From Octopus bimaculoides (taxonomy: Eukaryota): DNA of 39,914 nt. Shown piece after piece: positions 10,933 through 22,834 of the stretch (position 1 is its first letter; each line of letters begins with the position of its first letter). Both the position numbers and the translations under genes were made by a program. The stretch covers positions 40,828,484 through 40,868,397 of the forward strand of contig NC_068988.1 in the NCBI RefSeq assembly GCF_001194135.2. Direction: 5' to 3'. The notes under the pieces were generated by a model that saw only the letters and a list, made by a program, of their open reading frames with translations, was not told the DNA's origin and did no database searches.

Positions 10933-11392
10933 ATTCTATCTATCTACCTATCTATCCATCTATCTATTTTACTTACACTTTCATTCTTTCACCTCCCGCT
11001 TTCCATTCCACCTATCATTCGCTTAAATGCTTTGATCATTCTCACACCCATTGTCTCCCCCCCACCACCACCTCATTACCTTTTTCTCTTCTGACTCCGT
11101 TTTCTATTTTACGCTCTCACAAATTCTTACCTGTAGCACACTTATTCAATTCTACTTCCTTCCCCATCTTCCACTCTTCGAACTTACCTTTCGCCTGATT
11201 AGCAATCCTTTCCCTCAACGTCTCTGTTTGTCTTTCGCGCTATCTTCGTTTTTATCTTCTGCGTTCAGTCAATTGTCGTTCACACCTTCAATTATTTATT
11301 AAACCCCTCCCATATTCTCCGTCTTCTAAGCTTTTCTTTTATCGTCTGCTCTCTCTCTCTCTCTCTCTTTCTCTCTCTTTATCACATCCCCC

Positions 11393-11423
<31 letters not shown>

Positions 11424-11935
11424 CCCTCTCTCTCTGTTCATTACCTATCTCATATATTCTTCCTCTTCTTCTTCTCACTTCACTAACCTCTCTCGCTTTC
11501 TTTCACTCATTTCTTATTTTCAATATTTCTTCTTCTCTCCTCTCTCCTTCTCTCTCTCTCTCTCTCTCCTTGCTTACTTCCCAGCTTACACCAATCGTCC
11601 CCCACTCTCTCTCCCTCCCTCTCTCTCTCTCTCTCTCTTTATTTTGTTCTTCCTTTCATCTTTTCTTTCTTTCGCTTCATACACTGTCCTCCCCTTTTCA
11701 CTCACTCTCTCGACTATTTCGCAACCGTAACTTTCCGCCTTCCGTCTCTTTCTTGACACTCTACCAGTCGCTCTCACCCTTACCATATCCTGCCCTTCAA
11801 TCAACCGCTTCATATTACTTACTCTCATTACGACTATATTTCTATCGTCTTCTCACCCCTCTCTCTCTCCCTCTCTCTCTCTTTCTGTCTCTCTCTCTGT
11901 CTCTCTCTCACTCTCCTTCTCTCCCTTTGTATTCA
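10790..11935 (+). repeat. Long CT-rich polypyrimidine tract with (CT)n and (CTAT)n
   Basis: Strong pyrimidine skew over ~1.1 kb. Confidence 0.85.
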
Positions 11936-12412
11936 TAATCTTCGCATTGCCTCTAGACTCCGCCTTTTCTATTTCACTTGTGATCGTCGCACCTACACAC
12001 ACACACGATTCACGCACAATTCAGACACACACACACGCACGCATGCATGCACACACGCACGCACATGCGGGCGTCTGTTTACCTATACATTCAAAGTAGT
12101 TCTTACTTGCGTATGTACACATATTCAGTCATGTTGTTAACGTGGAATCTGGGTTCAATCCCACTGGGAAATTTACCTTGGTCTTTTGCTGAAGCCAGAG
12201 TGGAATATGGTAGTCAGATTCTATGTAGAATTCCATCGTACATACATACATACATACATACATACATACATACATACATACATGCATACATACATGCATG
12301 CATGCATGCATACATACANNNNNNNNNNCATACATACATACATACATACATACATGCATACATACATGCATGCATGCATGCATACATACATACATACATA
12401 CATACATACATA

Positions 12413-12628
12413 CGAAGAGTGCTGAAAAGTTCCTGGCTTTGGGTAAAAGAAAATACAGAAGGATTGGTTAATTATGATTTTATTCAACATATTTCCCTCT
12501 GATTCTCACACTTATTACAGCGGTCCTTCAGTTTTTCTAAGCCCTATAAAAGAGCTCGATAATTAGGGCCTCCAACCAGGCTTTTCACAACACCCCCAAA
12601 GTCAGGAACTTTTCAGCACCTCCACCTA
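12413..12628. mobile_element. Mariner-derived MITE (~215 bp) in (TACA)n
   Basis: TIRs GTGCTGAAAAGTTCCTGGCTTT and AAAGTCAGGAACTTTTCAGCAC (1 mismatch), TA flanks. The minus strand retains the transposase C-terminal remnant GLEKLKDRCNKC...GKYVE*. Confidence 0.8.
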
Positions 12629-12690
12629 TACATACATACATACAAATATACATACATACATACATACATATACATACTTATATATGTATA

Positions 12691-12763
12691 CGAGGTGGTG
12701 CTGAAAAGTTCCTTGCTTTGGGTAAAAGAAAATGCAAGAAGATCAGTTTATTATGATTTTATT
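12691..12763. mobile_element. Partial second copy of the mariner-derived MITE (one TIR), ending just before a SINE
   Basis: TA-CGAGGTGGTGCTGAAAAGTTCCTTGCTTTGGGTAAAAGAAAAT...ATGATTTTATT matches 12413-12485. Confidence 0.75.
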
Positions 12764-12772
12764 GTTGCAAAG

Positions 12773-13092
12773 TGGAGACGCAATGGCCCAGTGGTTAGGG
12801 CAGCGGACTTGCGGTCGGAGGATCACGGTTTCGATTCCCATACCGGGCGTTGTGTGTGTTTATTAGCGAAAACACCAAAAGCTCCACGAGGCTCCGGCAG
12901 TGGGGGGCGGGGCAACCGTTGTTGTACTCTTTCGCCCTAACTTTCTCTCACTCTTTCTTCCTGTTTCTTGAGTAACGCTGCGATGGACTGGTGTCCCGTC
13001 CAACTGGAGGGAACACATACGCCATAGAAGCCGGGAAACCGGGCCCTTGAGCCTGGCTAGACTTGAAAAGGGCGCATAAAATTTTCTAAAAA
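12773..13092 (+). mobile_element. tRNA-derived SINE: family A head with an alternative tail (tail Y)
   Basis: The first ~190 nt match 4627-4820. It then diverges into GCTGCGATGGACTGGTGTCCCGTCC...GCCATAGAAGCCGGGAAACCGGG...AAAAGGGCGCATAAAA. Confidence 0.8.
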
Positions 13093-13851
13093 TCACTGTT
13101 GCAGACAACAATATTCAGTATTTACATAGAACCCCACACACGCATACACAGCATCCTTTTAAAAACATGCATACAGTTAAACATATAAGCATATAAGCAC
13201 AATCGCAAGCATACTGCAGCACAGTAACATATATACACGAAGACAACGCACACATAGTCAAACTTATATACACGCATACATAGTCACACAGTGGCACATT
13301 GACTCTAAATCATTCACTCACATGCACATGGACCGTCTCACACACAATTACAAACAGAAATTCACATATAAATACTCATAAACATGCATAAACAATATAC
13401 AGGCACACACACACAAATCCACACCGACACAAACACATAATCAGTTACACATAGACAAAGATGCAAGAAAGCTCTACAATCTCATCCACACACAAAATAT
13501 ATTCTACAGTATACTCGTAAACACACGATGCTCACGCATAAGCCCTCGTGGGCACATACACGCACACACATACACACATACACAAGCGCAAATATATAAA
13601 AGTAAAAGGAGCAACGTATACGCACATATTATGTCTCTCCTTCCTTCTCTCTCCCACATGTATAGAGTACAGCATAAAATGCAAACATATGCACATACAA
13701 AACTGCACGCGCACCCACAAACAGAATATTGAAAAAAACATCCTGGCAAAAAAGAAAAAAAGAAATAACATACTGCCAAGCCATAAACACAGGGTACAGG
13801 AGTTAGCAACGATAGTTATTCTGTCTCAAATCACAATTTATCAATTAAAAC

Positions 13852-14179
13852 TGACAATCTCTCGGTTACGATGACGAGGGTTCCAGTTGATAAGATCAAC
13901 GGAAAACACAAACGTGAGACTAACGTGCAAGTGGAGTGGCTGAGCGCTCCACAGACACGCGAACCCTTATCGTAGTTCTCACGGAGATTCAACGTGTGAC
14001 AAAATGTGACAAGGCTGGCCCTTAGTACTACAAGTACAACGCATTTTTGCCAGCTGAGTGAACTGGAATAATGTGAAACAAAGTGTCTTGCTCAAGGACA
14101 TAACGCGCCACCAGGAATCAAACCGACGACCTTACAACCGTCAGCTGAATACATTAACTATTAAACTAAGCGCCTTCAC
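13852..14179 (-). mobile_element. tRNA-derived SINE with a different head (D) and CORE-like segment joined to tail X of family A
   Basis: Minus strand: GTGAAGGCGC... head, then GTCCTTGAGCAAGACACTT, then GGGCCAGCCTTGTCAC...GAGAACTACG...CAACTGGAACCCTCG, which matches 4840-4985. Confidence 0.7.
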
Positions 14180-14257
14180 TATCAATCAAAAAGATAATAA
14201 AGAACATGATGAATAATGCAAACACCTATATTAAATACTACAATATTTCTCAATAGA

Positions 14258-14687
14258 AAGGCGGTGAGCTGGCAGAATCGTCAGCACGCCGGGCGAAATG
14301 CTTAGCGATATTTCGCCTCTTTACGTTTTGAGTTCAAATTCTGCCGAAGTCGACTTTACCTTTCATCCTTTCGGGGTCGATAAATGAAGTACCAGTCACG
14401 CACTGAGGTCGAAGTAATCGACTTAATCCCTTTGTCTGTCTTTGGTTGTCCCTTCTATGTTTAGCCCCTTGTGGGCAATAAAGAAATCAGAAGCGTTAGC
14501 AAGCCGGGCGAAATGTTTATCGGTATTTCGTCTGTCCTTTATGTTCTGAGTTCAAATTTCGCCGAGGTCGACTTTGTCTTTCATCCTTTCGGGGTCGATA
14601 AAGTAAGTACCAGTTGCGCACTGGGGTCGATCTAATCGACTGGCCCCCTCCTCCAAAATTTCGGGCCTTGAGCCTAGAGTAGAAAAG
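14258..14687 (+). mobile_element. Tandem pair of family B tRNA-SINEs inside one 16-bp TSD
   Basis: Unit 1 is 14258-14488 and unit 2 is 14489-14687. Both carry GAGTTCAAAT and GTCGACTTT..CTTTCATCCTTTCGGGGTCGATAAA. TSD AATATTTCTCAATAGA at 14242-14257 and 14688-14703. Confidence 0.85.
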
Positions 14688-14816
14688 AATATTTCTCAAT
14701 AGATGTGTTGTTCATAGTCGGGATGTCTTTGAACATAGTCGGCATGTCTGCAGAATCAGCGCGGATCTGGTAATTGCTCAGCAACAAACAAAATACAGAA
14801 AGGCATATAATATATA

Positions 14817-14972
14817 GGCGCAAGCATAGCAGTGACGTTACGAAGGACGCTGTGGAACCAATAGGTTTCGGGTTCAGCCCCAATGCACAGCACCTTGGGC
14901 AAGTGTCTTCTAATATAACCCCGGATGCCTTTTGAGTAAATGTAGTAGACGGAGAGTGTTTGGATGCCCTAC
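14817..14972 (+). mobile_element. Decayed CORE-type SINE 5' half (family C)
   Basis: GGGTTCAGCCCC...CACCTTGGGCAAGTGTCTTCT...GTAGACGGA, matching 24830-24925. Confidence 0.6.
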
Positions 14973-15146
14973 GTGTGTGTGTGTATGTGTGTGTGTGTGT
15001 GTGTGTGCGCGCGCACGCGCGAACACGGGCAATTGTGTATACATATACATACGTACATACATACATACAGACAGACAACGGGCTTCTTTTAGGGCCCGTG
15101 AAACTTTAAGTCATATGGAGCCGTATCAAGCTGTTTCAAAAGATAA

Positions 15147-15249
15147 TTCTACTATAGGCACAAGGCCAGAAATTTGTGGGTAGGGGTTAAGTCGATTACA
15201 TCGATCTCAGTGTTTCACTGGTACTTAATTTATCGACCCAGAAAGGATG
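15147..15249 (-). mobile_element. Family B SINE 3' fragment
   Basis: AGGCACAAGGCC...CTGGTACTTAATTTATCGACCC.GAAAGGATG. Confidence 0.65.
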
Positions 15250-15264
15250 TTTTTATTTTCTAAT

Positions 15265-15300
<36 letters not shown>

Positions 15301-15932
15301 GTATGTATATATATATATAAAGTGTGTGTGTAAATATGTATATCAATATCGACTCACATTCTCTATCCATCTCCCTCTTCCCCCCCTCTCTCTCTCTCTG
15401 CACTTACAAAAAGACACAAACACACACACACACAAATACAAACACGCATACACACACATGCTCTAATCTGTAACATGTCACCCCGCTCATCCTCACCTCG
15501 GCCTGTTATTCATTAATTATCAATTTGGCTAGCATTCTTATATAGAAACATTTTTTATGACCCCACCAACATTATCCTTTTTCTGTTTCCGTTTCTTTCA
15601 TTATGCTGCATTATGTCTCTACCTCTATTCTCGGTTGTATTTTTATGTTTCCATTATTACTTCTACAAATTGTAGTTCTTCATCTATATATCTGCATACA
15701 TATACCTGCATAAAAATTAATCTCAATCTATCATTTCTAGGGGAGGCTTCTGCCCCTCAGACTCCTTACTCTATTTCCTTCATATATTTATTCTTTCTTT
15801 CGAAAGTGTGTGTGTGCGTGAGTGTGAGAGTGTGTGTACGTGTATATATATATATATATATATAATAATAATATTATTAGGGACAAAATCCAAAATTACA
15901 GGTAAAAAACTCAATTAAAATCAATTTATAAA

Positions 15933-15991
<59 letters not shown>

Positions 15992-16799
15992 NNNNNNNNN
16001 NNNNNNNNNNNNNNNNNNNNNNNNNNNNNNNNNNNNNNNNNNNNNNNNNNNNNNNNNNNNNNNNNNNNNNNNNNNNNNNNNNNNNNNNNNNNNNNNNNNN
16101 NNNNNNNNNNNNNNNNNNNNNNNNNNNNNNNNNNNNNNNNNNNNNNNNNNNNNNNNNNNNNNNNNNNNNNNNNNNNNNNNNNNNNNNNNNNNNNNNNNNN
16201 NNNNNNNNNNNNNNNNNNNNNNNNNNNNNNNNNNNNNNNNNNNNNNNNNNNNNNNNNNNNNNNNNNNNNNNNNNNNNNNNNNNNNNNNNNNNNNNNNNNN
16301 NNNNNNNNNNNNNNNNNNNNNNNNNNNNNNNNNNNNNNNNNNNNNNNNNNNNNNNNNNNNNNNNNNNNNNNNNNNNNNNNNNNNNNNNNNNNNNNNNNNN
16401 NNNNNNNNNNNNNNNNNNNNNNNNNNNNNNNNNNNNNNNNNNNNNNNNNNNNNNNNNNNNNNNNNNNNNNNNNNNNNNNNNNNNNNNNNNNNNNNNNNNN
16501 NNNNNNNNNNNNNNNNNNNNNNNNNNNNNNNNNNNNNNNNNNNNNNNNNNNNNNNNNNNNNNNNNNNNNNNNNNNNNNNNNNNNNNNNNNNNNNNNNNNN
16601 NNNNNNNNNNNNNNNNNNNNNNNNNNNNNNNNNNNNNNNNNNNNNNNNNNNNNNNNNNNNNNNNNNNNNNNNNNNNNNNNNNNNNNNNNNNNNNNNNNNN
16701 NNNNNNNNNNNNNNNNNNNNNNNNNNNNNNNNNNNNNNNNNNNNNNNNNNNNNNNNNNNNNNNNNNNNNNNNNNNNNNNNNNNNNNNNNNNNNNNNNNN

Positions 16800-16868
<69 letters not shown>

Positions 16869-17133
16869 AAATATAAACTGCTTTCCCAAATAAAATTGCA
16901 CTTCATTTTTGAGGCTCCAAAGAAATATCTGGTGACACACAAGCATTGAACTATGTATGTGTTGCACCATACAGCAGAAATAGCTGTAAGCTAATGACGT
17001 TCACGACAGAATGTCTTATTCCATTGTCATTTCAATTTACTATTACTGCTCTGTACTCGACTAACGCTTTGTTCTGAAGGATAGGTATATTGAGTTCTAA
17101 CACCTGATTTTTAGTGTCGCTACATCAAAGCGA

Positions 17134-17135
<2 letters not shown>

Positions 17136-17193
<58 letters not shown>

Positions 17194-17363
17194 AAGAAGA
17201 AGGAGGAGGAGGAGGAGGAGGAGGAGAAGAAGAAGAAGAAGAAGAAGAAGAAGAAGAAGAAGAAGAAGAACAACAACAACAACAACAACAACACCAACAA
17301 CAACAACAACAATAATAATAATAATAATAATAATGATAATAACAACAACAACAATAATAATAA
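17136..17363. repeat. Compound trinucleotide microsatellite (AAT)(GAA)(GGA)(GAA)(CAA)(AAT)
   Basis: Seen directly; adjacent blocks differ by single-base motif changes. Confidence 0.95.
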
Positions 17364-17901
17364 GTGCCCTGATGCAATACCAGGCAGTGGCTCCCATGGC
17401 TCTGATCTTAACTGATTGGCAGTGCTATCGTGTACAACATTTTTTTGTCTTGGTATAAAAGAAGGGCTACAGTAAATATTCTGCTCAATACCACAGACTT
17501 GCTTGTCAGTTGTTTGGTCTTAACCTGTTGGATATATCCATTGGTGATTGACAATATGTGCTTCATGAGCGGAAGTAGTTGGGGAGCATCATAGCCATGT
17601 GTTGAGGAATTCTTTGGGGTTTGAATAATTCAACTCTGGAAACATGGGTGTTTTGCTCAACATCCTTAAACAAACCTTATTCAGGGACCTTTTGAACGGG
17701 ATGGGCTACTCGACGTGAAGAAAATTTTCACTATATATATCTGCAAGGTCATGCACACTGTTTATCTATATATGAGATCACCATGCTGCGCACATATGGT
17801 TGTGATGCATGTGCCTGGTGTACTCTTTTCAGACGGGTAGTCATGATGGTTATACTGGGCTTCCTAGTGTCACTTTGATGGCATGCACTACTCTCTCACT
17901 C
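17364..17901. mobile_element. Unclassified ~540-bp insert with (AAT)n on both sides
   Basis: Complex sequence with sharp boundaries against (AAT)n at 17363 and 17902, and no recognisable ORF. The mobile-element interpretation is inference. Confidence 0.35.
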
Positions 17902-17992
17902 AATAATAATAATGATAATAATAATAATATTAATAATAATAATAATAATAATAATAATGATAATAGTAATAATAATAATAATGATAATATTG

Positions 17993-18058
<66 letters not shown>

Positions 18059-19427
18059 NNNNNNNNNNNNNNNNNNNNNNNNNNNNNNNNNNNNNNNNNN
18101 NNNNNNNNNNNNNNNNNNNNNNNNNNNNNNNNNNNNNNNNNNNNNNNNNNNNNNNNNNNNNNNNNNNNNNNNNNNNNNNNNNNNNNNNNNNNNNNNNNNN
18201 NNNNNNNNNNNNNNNNNNNNNNNNNNNNNNNNNNNNNNNNNNNNNNNNNNNNNNNNNNNNNNNNNNNNNNNNNNNNNNNNNNNNNNNNNNNNNNNNNNNN
18301 NNNNNNNNNNNNNNNNNNNNNNNNNNNNNNNNNNNNNNNNNNNNNNNNNNNNNNNNNNNNNNNNNNNNNNNNNNNNNNNNNNNNNNNNNNNNNNNNNNNN
18401 NNNNNNNNNNNNNNNNNNNNNNNNNNNNNNNNNNNNNNNNNNNNNNNNNNNNNNNNNNNNNNNNNNNNNNNNNNNNNNNNNNNNNNNNNNNNNNNNNNNN
18501 NNNNNNNNNNNNNNNNNNNNNNNNNNNNNNNNNNNNNNNNNNNNNNNNNNNNNNNNNNNNNNNNNNNNNNNNNNNNNNNNNNNNNNNNNNNNNNNNNNNN
18601 NNNNNNNNNNNNNNNNNNNNNNNNNNNNNNNNNNNNNNNNNNNNNNNNNNNNNNNNNNNNNNNNNNNNNNNNNNNNNNNNNNNNNNNNNNNNNNNNNNNN
18701 NNNNNNNNNNNNNNNNNNNNNNNNNNNNNNNNNNNNNNNNNNNNNNNNNNNNNNNNNNNNNNNNNNNNNNNNNNNNNNNNNNNNNNNNNNNNNNNNNNNN
18801 NNNNNNNNNNNNNNNNNNNNNNNNNNNNNNNNNNNNNNNNNNNNNNNNNNNNNNNNNNNNNNNNNNNNNNNNNNNNNNNNNNNNTATATACGTATATATA
18901 TATAGAGAGAGTGAGAGAGAAATTCAAAAAGAGATAAAAATCATTTACAAGAATTTTATCAAGAAGCCAGTGTGTAAAAAAATTCATAAGGGAAATTTCT
19001 ATTCCCAAGAATGAGATAGATAGATAGATAGATAGATAGATACATACATACATACATACATACATACATGCATACATGCATGCATGCATGCATACATACA
19101 TACTTACATACATACATACACATATAGACATATGCACATATTCATATCCACACACAGGCACACAAAAATGCTCAATCGCGTACACCTATTTTTCATGTTA
19201 TAACGAATAAATTTTAAATAATCATAAATAATAAAAACGTATAAACACCGTCGAAAAGAAGGAGTGGGAGTGGGAAAGAGGGGGTATGGAGAGAGGGAGT
19301 ATATGAAGGGAAAGAAAAATAGGGGCTGAAATAGCAAGAGTGATCTGCAAAATGTGTATGAATGTGCAAGAATTCTATATAAACGTATGTATACATGAAC
19401 TACACACATACACACACACATATATAC

Positions 19428-19478
<51 letters not shown>

Positions 19479-19869
19479 TATACATATATATGTACGTATA
19501 TATATATGTGTGTGTAAATATATATATATGTATGTGTATATATACGTATATATACATNNNNNNNNNNNNNNNNNNNNNNNNNNNNNNNNNNNNNNNNNNN
19601 NNNNNNNNNNNNNNNNNNNNNNNNNNNNNNNNNNNNNNNNNNNNNNNNNNNNNNNNNNNNNNNNNNNNNNNNNNNNNNNNNNNNNNNNNNNNNNNNNNNN
19701 NNNNNNNNNNNNNNNNNNNNNNNNNNNNNNNNNNNNNNNNNNNNNNNNNNNNNNNNNNNNNNNNNNNNNNNNNNNNNNNNNNNNNNNNNNNNNNNNNNNN
19801 NNNNNNATATATATATATGTATATATATATATGTATATATGTACACACATAAATATATATATATATATT

Positions 19870-19933
<64 letters not shown>

Positions 19934-20112
19934 TACTCTGTACAATGGAAAGGTCATCTGTTACATCAAATTTTCGTGTATTCTAGCTGTTACCAGCCTA
20001 ACAAAAGTGAAACTTCGAAGTCACACCTTGTAAAAATTTAATGAATATAATGCTCAGTTATAAAATGCTGTGTGAACATCGATTTCAATGTCTACATGGA
20101 AAACAAACATGC

Positions 20113-20147
<35 letters not shown>

Positions 20148-20242
20148 CATATATACATACATACAAATATACATGCATGCACGTATACATACATATACAT
20201 ACATACATACATAATACATAGAAACAAACATAAATGCATATT

Positions 20243-20292
<50 letters not shown>

Positions 20293-20805
20293 NNNNNNNN
20301 NNAGAGAGAGAGAGAGAGAGAGAGAGAGTGAGAGAGAGAGATAGAGAGAGAGTGAGAAAGATAGGGGGAGGTCGAGAGGCAGAAAGAGACAGACAGACAG
20401 ACAGACATACAGAATGAGAGAGAGTGAGAAAGACACAGAGAGAGAGAAAGAGAGAAATAGATGAGAGATGAATTGTACAACATTCATTTTCCTGAACTTA
20501 TGGTTCCAAGCGTTTCCGTATTACTGATTTTTCCGAACCAAGGACGGTCAGCTTGGTCAACACACACAAAAGTTTTTTTAAAAAGTATGAAATTTACTTA
20601 AATGAGTAAAATAAAAACAGGTACTTTATACATTAGCGTAACTTAAATTAAAGCTGATTATAATCGTCTTCGGACAACAAGTCTCTGCAAAGTTGATGTT
20701 ATTATACCTGTACATATATTTGAATATGTTTGTGTACACACACACACACATATACATATATGTATGTTTGTATGTATGTATTATATATGCATATATATCT
20801 ATGTG

Positions 20806-21026
20806 CGATAGGGTGCTGAAAATTTCCTAATTCCAAGGGTATCGGGAAAGGACTAACTGGAGGCCCGAACTTCCGCGTTCTTTTACAGGGCTTCGAAAAA
20901 TTGCAGGACTGCTGAAATGAGTGTGTGAATCTGAAAGGGGAATATGCTGAATGAAATCATAATTAACTGATCTTCTTTTATTTTCTTTCACTCGATGCCA
21001 GGAACTTTTCAGTACCCCATTTACCT
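20806..21026. mobile_element. Third copy of the mariner-derived MITE, in opposite orientation to 12413-12628
   Basis: Reverse-complement match to 12420-12620. TIR remnants GGTGCTGAAAATTTCC and GCCAGGAACTTTTCAGTACC. 20889-20954 translates GFEKLQDC*NECVNLKGEYAE*, similar to the mariner transposase C-terminus. Confidence 0.78.
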
Positions 21027-21240
21027 ATATAACATATACGTATGTGTGTGTGTTTGTATGTATGTATGTATGTATGTATGTTTCTGTGAGTGAATGTCTG
21101 TATGTATATGTACATGTGTGTATATGTGTGTGTGTGTGTATGTGTGTGTGTGTATATATATGTATAAATACACACACACACACTCATATATATATAATAT
21201 ATATATACTTTATTTAAAAGCAGCAGAAATATAACATAAA

Positions 21241-21318
21241 AACCGTTACTCTGAGTTTCACGTTCCCGTTCATCGGACAGGTCCGATGAACGGGAACGTG
21301 AAACTCAGAGTAACGGTT
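21241..21318. repeat. Perfect 38-bp inverted repeat with a 2-nt centre, running into a gap
   Basis: 21241-21278 is the exact reverse complement of 21281-21318; the centre is AG. Confidence 0.95.
21243..21280 (-). ncRNA. Second, unrelated minimal type I hammerhead-like motif
   Basis: Minus strand: CTGT CCGATGA ACG-GGAA-CGT GAAA CTC-A-GAG T A ACGG. Stem I is CTGT/ACGG, stem II has a GNRA loop, stem III is ACTC/GAGT and the triplet is GUA. The core has C rather than U at position 4. Confidence 0.55.
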
Positions 21319-22785
21319 NNNNNNNNNNNNNNNNNNNNNNNNNNNNNNNNNNNNNNNNNNNNNNNNNNNNNNNNNNNNNNNNNNNNNNNNNNNNNNNNNN
21401 NNNNNNNNNNNNNNNNNNNNNNNNNNNNNNNNNNNNNNNNNNNNNNNNNNNNNNNNNNNNNNNNNNNNNNNNNNNNNNNNNNNNNNNNNNNNNNNNNNNN
21501 NNNNNNNNNNNNNNNNNNNNNNNNNNNNNNNNNNNNNNNNNNNNNNNNNNNNNNNNNNNNNNNNNNNNNNNNNNNNNNNNNNNNNNNNNNNNNNNNNNNN
21601 NNNNNNNNNNNNNNNNNNNNNNNNNNNNNNNNNNNNNNNNNNNNNNNNNNNNNNNNNNNNNNNNNNNNNNNNNNNNNNNNNNNNNNNNNNNNNNNNNNNN
21701 NNNNNNNNNNNNNNNNNNNNNNNNNNNNNNNNNNNNNNNNNNNNNNNNNNNNNNNNNNNNNNNNNNNNNNNNNNNNNNNNNNNNNNNNNNNNNNNNNNNN
21801 NNNNNNNNNNNNNNNNNNNNNNNNNNNNNNNNNNNNNNNNNNNNNNNNNNNNNNNNNNNNNNNNNNNNNNNNNNNNNNNNNNNNNNNNNNNNNNNNNNNN
21901 TGTGTGTGTGTGTGTGTGTTCGGTGGTAAAAGAGAAAGCAACAGGCCGATGGGCAATTTTTAAGAGAATGTAAAACGTAGAAGAGACAGAGCAATGCAAA
22001 GGAGAGCAGAAGAAGGAAAAGGGAAGGGAAAAAAACAACAAACAAACAAATAAAACGTCAAGACGAACAAGTGGTGAGGGAAGTAAGAGGTAAAAGAAGA
22101 GCAAGTAGAAGGAGCAGAGAAGAAGTAGAAGGAAGGAGGAGTAACAGAAATTACGACAGCGACGACAACAACAACAACAACAACAACAACAACGAGAAAA
22201 AAAATCCAACACAAAAGCCAGAATAGAAGTGAAGCAAATACGGGCGGGTGAAAGTCGGCAGTTGCCACCCACTCTCCACTGGAGCCTAAGCAAAAGGTAC
22301 AACAACGTTCGAACGTCCACGTCCACAAGCTGTCCTTATTATAAAACAGTTTAACATTGACTGAACACGGAAAGAAGTTGTTGTGCTTAAAAAAACAAAA
22401 AAGTGTCGGAGACCAAAAAAATAAATAAATAAATAAAATAAATAAATAAAACAGGAAAACAAAAACAAACCACCTTTCACTGAAAGCCATCGCAAATGAG
22501 ACAAGCTCATGTTGGATACATGTTTGCAGAGCGGTTATCGAAAGGTATGTAAAATTAGTTTATATTAATCTTCTGGGTGTTCGGTTTTTGTTTTTCTTTA
22601 CTTGTATATTTTTCCTGAATGTTATATAGCTATTCTATTACTAATATATGTTACTGTATACTGTATCATTTACTATATATATATATATATTGTTCTTTAT
22701 TTTCTGTCGATATTATCCTTCATTTGTCAGTTGTTTGTTTTGTTTTTTTTTATTATTATATCTGATTTTATCTACGAAACGCAAA

Positions 22786-22834
<49 letters not shown>

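Noticed and set aside
11175-11300. Strong minus-strand donor AAG|GTAAGT near 11190
   Set aside because: It lies in low-complexity GA-rich sequence, with no open upstream exon frame or good acceptor.
19255-19325. G-run cluster with possible G-quadruplex; also the CT tract at 10790-11935 as possible triplex DNA
   Set aside because: Common low-complexity sequence; nothing indicates function.
22140-22360. CpG-richer segment with a TATAAAA-like motif as a possible promoter (similar segment at 39545-39630)
   Set aside because: No downstream gene evidence; composition alone is insufficient.
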